Shown here piece by piece: positions 29,001 through 30,208 of a stretch of 30,208 nt of DNA. Source of the DNA: a virus (lineage: Duplodnaviria; Caudoviricetes); the IMG/VR virus record IMGVR_UViG_3300027712_000099, positions 1-30,208 of that record, one strand, 5' to 3'. Both the position numbers and the translations under genes were made by a program. Below the pieces are notes generated by a model. The model saw nothing but the letters and a program-made list of their open reading frames with translations, made no database searches and was not told the DNA's origin. The first letter of the stretch is position 1, and every line of letters begins with the position of its first letter.

Positions 29001-30208
29001 GCAACTGCGACTAGTGTAACCAGTGCTATACCAGTAAGAGAAAATAGTATAGCATTAAGATTCGATAGAACAAGTTATAACTCACAGGTAACGCCGTGGC
29101 AGGGCAATGGATATTATGGCTCATTCTATGCTGGAACATTGTCTAATAGTAATAAAATAGCATCATCTGCTATAACAGTACAAAGCACACAGCCACCAAT
29201 TAGTTCTATTTTAGCTAGTGCTGAAGGCGCCGCCTTTGAAATATTAGATGTACAAAATGAACAAAGTATTACTTGGTCATCAAGAACTAGAATTACAGTA
29301 CAAACATATGGCTCTACGTACCCAACAACGGCTTACCGCAATGCTATAAGAATTAATCCAAGCGAAGGTGGCGCCGACGTTGTGGGCTATATTGGTTCTA
29401 CTATTGGTTTTTATATTGGAATGCCAATAAAATTTGTAGGATCAACAAGTGGTACACTATTAACTAGTACAAAAACTTATTATGTAAAATCATTAGTTCA
29501 ATTACCTAAAATAATAAATGCAGGTTCTTTTGTGCCCGGGACTAGTTATACTATTGTTTCTGTTGGTAATACTAATTTTATGGCAATAGGTGCTAGTTCT
29601 AATGCAGTGGATGTTACTTTTACTGCGACCGGTATAGGTTCTGGCACAGGCACAGCATCAGACAACTTATTATTAGAAGATACTGGTTTTACAATTTCAG
29701 ATACAGTAGATGAGAACGGAGTTCCGGGTACTGTAGTTAATCCAAATACCCCAAGTTCAAATAGTGTTCCCGTATCAACCAATCTTATATCATATGTAGG
29801 TGAAGAAACTAATCTTGCTATAATGACTATTAACTATGATGGTATCAGAACCGCAACTAATACTACTCCGGCAACTAATACTATTACGGTTCAGTTGACT
29901 CCTACTGGGCAAAACGGTACAACTAATTTTTACACAGGTCTTCCTATATTCTTTACTGGAAAGGTATTTGGTGGTATAGAAGAAAATCAAACTTATTATG
30001 TTACAACAGTAGTTGATAATCAACAATTCACAATGTCAGTTAATGACAATCCAACAACATTTAGTATTACAGCAACTAGTGCGAGTAATAACTCTATTAC
30101 ATGTGAAACAACCATTAATTTGTTATCAATTAATGATCCAATAATTTTTACTGGAAATGTATTTGGTGGAATAGTAGCAGGAAAAACATATTATGTAAGA
30201 GAATTGTT
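17013..30208 (+). CDS. Giant multidomain baseplate/fiber protein, gp7-like (at least 4398 aa, 3' end outside window)
   Basis: ATG at 17013 (MATRIRTLNFLPDIFKTETNAQFLAATLDQL). Every segment I spot-translated was open in the same frame through the end (…GGIVAGKTYYVREL), and the track lists no closed plus-strand ORF here. Contains IKSKGT (~23526), EVKPYHVVI (~28032), FG-GAP-like blades and repeated beta modules; follows gp6. Confidence 0.9.
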   Translation, partial: MATRIRTLNFLPDIFKTETNAQFLAATLDQLVAQPNTKKIEGYVGSKFGYGVNAKDYYVTEPTKTRTDYQLDPGVVFLKENESVAKDFISYPGIVDALTIQGGITADNNRLFNSQFYSWDSFTNLDPIINFNQYYWIPEGPERVVVAANVIYNTSNYIIQDESTYYLISSETNPTPSINPSLTLLRGGTYTFTVNQPTQFWIQGEPGITGFSSTQHNVQTRDVYGVENNGAAQGVITFTVPEKNALSDINFPGNNTVDVVSTLAFDEVNGAFVNDIGGIDGVTALNGLTVMFYNTGVPNESGFVHKFFSQTEYDTNDNVIVPPATITVTATSSTNNTVTCDSTSSLIEGQTITFTGTAFGGLTAYSTTSGPCIYTVTSILNPTQFTIAIPGSSNEIGGIPLLALSNAAGTMIGNINEGLYEEGFYTPVAGTFYIINLLGSDDNPFIQLTKLSNIPTTERITASFGTQWAGRNFYRSTTGIITVYPYNSAILDVLYYQDGTNPNKVGVLNIVDNNITNQINVNADILGKTNYTAPNGVVFTNGLKILFQGNIYPASYNNVEYYVEGVGTAIELIPVTTLVSPGLFSAGEYIPYDTIPYDIGNYDSSLYIPVDPDYITIARNSINRNPWSRSNRWFHIDVINASATYNNNPDLITAYTQIDNKAKRPIIEFYPNIKLFDAGVVGKDPIDFIDTRTPDAFTTVSGEPNYYPDVAGWTTATAIIAPVTGAITSRTASYTYALINQVTLSSTVGLHVNDTISFGSSFGGITSGTTYTISSIVGSNITLNDSYGNLVILNNSGPVSVSTSIYPYSTTITIPTVGVSGLFEIGQYISDSTVLLPSVTFITDITTAGSNTILTISWYEQTTIAATSVAALVTADTPLDNYALFDGARVVFSVDTNLEVRNKIFISRFSTIVPGTTPVITLTEAEDGLVLADEQTAVYRGYNYIGKDFYFTGTTWIEGQQKTTLNQAPRFDVFDKNEISFGNPDIYVGTSFTGCTLFSYGLGVGANDTVLGFPVRYSSVNNIGDISFDVTLNSLTFNYVSGTTSVTQKVNTGYVYNYTLSSNNTTTVVRQLGWQTAVSPSVQYQIFEFDWNTITTGNVFTCDIAPIVSTPTKWPLIQVYINNVYLSSNDWTSIFTDTTTTITIPNIGTVDTVVQILILSDQVSATAYFQTPINLNNNPLNQDLTSVNIGDIRGQYQSIFFNNPDTTGEVFGPNNYHNLGNLVPWGNRIIQNSAGLPAVGTFLRNQAHDLFNALLFNSREYTTFKALLVDTVNNSDYSRILTPSEMLDLALDTINSTHTNDQSFFWSDMLPSKAPYIVNTYSFANSLDVSIYPLSHIYNFATANYNGVLVYLLRNGIQTQLVKGVDYTISIDSPSLTITTDLIPNDQITIKEYNQTYGSYVPNTPTKLGLYPATIPSVVLDTAYNPETYFIVGHDGSFNKLYGNYNTTTSTLTDFRDQVLLEYETRVYNNLKLSETVPAGSYQGVIIPGFFRSTDYSYDEFLQIYSESFLNWVGQNRINYKTQFYNTTNQFSYNYRNSGNKINKDPIDQGYFRGAYLYFYDTSTPNETPWEMLGLANEPTWWTTRYGPAPYTSDNLVLWEDLAAGLVWNNGDPFIKPSYVRNGLLDIIPVDSNGDLLSPLDSIVGNYDQNIFRKDWIVGDVGPAEFSYRRSSTWAFDLMRILALTKPADFFNLGIDVDNYKYNTEFNQYLVKDRSHLVLSEIPIYGNGTPATSYINWIVDYEKQVGVDATTNITTLLNNLDVRLVYRLAGFSDKTLLKFYVEKSSANSNNSSLLIPDESYQVLLYENQPFDKIVYSGVVVQISENGYKVYGNSQTNAYFTVLVPTFGGNSEKITVEKATVSVTSTFTNKTEVIPYGTEFYNIQQVSQFLISYGEYLKSHGMVYEQIENGIPINWQQMVAEFLYWSQVGWEIGSITTINPSATLLAIDKESRIVQPLTLQRHNFVLNQNLYPIQNVDLSIVRDGTAFTAQPLNSGDAISYGQFNISNIEHGIVFDNTTLFNDIIYNLITGLRQNRIYVRGTKTADWNGNVDAFGFILNQDNIAEWTKEIKYTAGSIVKYKNKYWTALTIIQAKEIFDERDWKETSYNEIQKGLLPNSQTRSYESTLYYDVNKANLENDADLLSFSLIGYRPRDYMALADLTDITQVNVYQNMIKSKGTPNAAKAFKGANLPQGGINYDIYENWAIKSGEFGGILNNNFIEFRLSQPDLTGNPSIVGLTNGNYTAGVQQEVSLSNVFNYGRPITSPNILSTISSVTPSTLYPTAGYVNYNDVKLASYYYSGLTTGQNSVGTVIPINEFYVRDYAWLASYLGTWQVYTPSSLGSIINAKNNLNGTVTITFSQAHNLKRYQPFAIVNFNVAINNYYIVSAIVDPFNVMINLSLNPQITSINGQGIGFKLQSQRVATAPEIVDLPSLLENEFNKLKVWVDTNNDGGWAVLRKSLNYQYTKEILKTASQTLGSAVAYTTALGYMVGDSGAGEVYRYAYDNVTDSYLEKQTISHGASFGSNITYIDDLFVISEPTGSPNVYIYQLITTTLLNTLLLYQTIAAPGGVTNWGSSTALSGDQNWLYISDMGHALVYVYRRSAVTNQYVNVGTLSVAGLTSADSFGYSISTDYYGGTVVIGTPQQDYDITAQNYGYTYVFNRTVENFEARSSSQSYTPVLFNLAWTPGNVPTVANTISSNAITLGSVTGLQDGANGTPIVFTGTPYGGISANTVYYVKLISGSTITLSLTRNGTTLALTNSTGTMTANGQTSPLYVTVNGTTLADNLYAVVGSTFNVYSTATPTLNAGDIINVSGTNFVLTQTLTNEETPRVGVQFGTSTSTNRFANEILIGAPFELSEQNYEGAVHRYTNGGEKYGTIIGTNTCNITTPRTILLNGFAVTLPIGNATTAANAINSNSITNVTASAVAGKLVISLVDVALAVAGNKLSLSVLDTATLAEMGVTIYKQTQKIACPHLTGRTQFGTVVKFNSSGSFVASAPVGARYSATTFDFTDDELDNDTVFDNNATQWVDTFNNAGAVYMFDYLSTYNENINAPGKFVYAQSINAQDLDYGAQPHYGTALDFNDNVVTVGTPGFNPNNNPQETNGQVVTYVSNISEPDWAVYRSSSEIVDINGVFNVQLFSANTNETLENLDYIDPLQGKLLGAVAENIDVVSNADPASYNSIANQGGLVWGAEKIGTLWFNTSTTRFMNYHQNDVSYNSQWWGRVFPGSDVVVYSWVASNQPPVSYPGPGIPYNTDNYTVRGIINPEGLITPVYYFWARNTNIVFNQIGKTLADSTLELYIGNPQGTGISYLAPFLPSVFGLYNCFPYINAKDTVLHLGYSTGANDDATHNQYSLIRSNYADDFLPGVPGSGAAYQNHAAVGITEPIGLYNRMLDSMCGVDNAGGVVPDPLLPKAVQTGVLARPRQGFFYNRFGALKNYLQYANVVLAQFPIVELRNPQLLYKAGEINPSTVNNSQWQGSSTLFYDTTKYWNFVNWWATGYDNNTKSSLQVPIYADLSTLNVPAGTIVTVASNGAGSSETYILADTGVWVRIGLANGTIEFSSVLWDYTEARLGFGDNFFDTTPYDEYPSTETRYIVRALNEEIYTNELLIFRNKSLILLFEYIQSETIESQNYLDWLNKTSFIDVSHTIRELLPLEVFKSDNQLFLEGYLNEVKPYHVVIKEFIFKYTKTDIFEGDITDFDLPAQYNSTIEQFVSPELVYANPSGDNQYLPSDPIWQTAPYSQWFSNYGLGITGQNGYKISLLDSYLSLNSSSCYVDNINGFPVTGTIIIGEEKIAYSAKNLATNQLIGLSRGINGTTITVHFPGDSIHIDLPAVVVLHEGRGYANPPTVTAYIDTTIYPAPRVPAQLEPIMSLDSVIGVNVINPGEGYVVLPTIKIDPAITISINSSRVNILTNTIELPTLLLQTGDLVVYSIPAGSTEIDGLVIGQQYYVNVLEFTPVPIFALYSNYLDAINDHDRIVLYTTGSGTQYFSQGATATSVTSAIPVRENSIALRFDRTSYNSQVTPWQGNGYYGSFYAGTLSNSNKIASSAITVQSTQPPISSILASAEGAAFEILDVQNEQSITWSSRTRITVQTYGSTYPTTAYRNAIRINPSEGGADVVGYIGSTIGFYIGMPIKFVGSTSGTLLTSTKTYYVKSLVQLPKIINAGSFVPGTSYTIVSVGNTNFMAIGASSNAVDVTFTATGIGSGTGTASDNLLLEDTGFTISDTVDENGVPGTVVNPNTPSSNSVPVSTNLISYVGEETNLAIMTINYDGIRTATNTTPATNTITVQLTPTGQNGTTNFYTGLPIFFTGKVFGGIEENQTYYVTTVVDNQQFTMSVNDNPTTFSITATSASNNSITCETTINLLSINDPIIFTGNVFGGIVAGKTYYVREL

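Noticed and set aside
17013-30208. Apparent 13-kb gene desert, or alternative genetic code, suggested by the ORF track
   Set aside because: Explained by one plus-strand ORF with no stop inside the window under the standard code; the short minus-strand ORFs are its shadows. Genes end in TAA or TGA and none is broken by internal stops, so there is no evidence of recoding.

Overview
AT-rich segment of a large (probably jumbo) T4-related contractile-tailed phage, with two divergent modules. Minus strand (1-4171): a gp55-like late sigma factor, a gp47/Mre11 nuclease, an inserted putative 2OG-Fe(II)/cupin oxygenase and a gp46/Rad50 ATPase that runs off the left edge. Plus strand (4308-30208): a baseplate operon with a tube-initiator/cap-like protein, gp53-like wedge, gp27-like hub, gp5/VgrG-like spike without a lysozyme domain, two translationally coupled Ala/Gly-rich proteins, gp25, an enlarged gp6, and a giant gp7-like ORF of at least 4398 codons from 17013. 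The ORF track misses the giant ORF and gp46 because both cross a window edge. The most notable points are the modular giant baseplate/adhesin protein, the Gly/Ala spike-adjacent module, back-to-back TAAATA late-promoter boxes at the divergence point, and a hairpin/promoter overlap that suggests a leaderless gp47 mRNA. All protein assignments rest on motif recognition and synteny by eye; no database searches were run. No CRISPR, tRNA, rRNA or mobile element was seen, and I cannot establish that any system here is previously undescribed.
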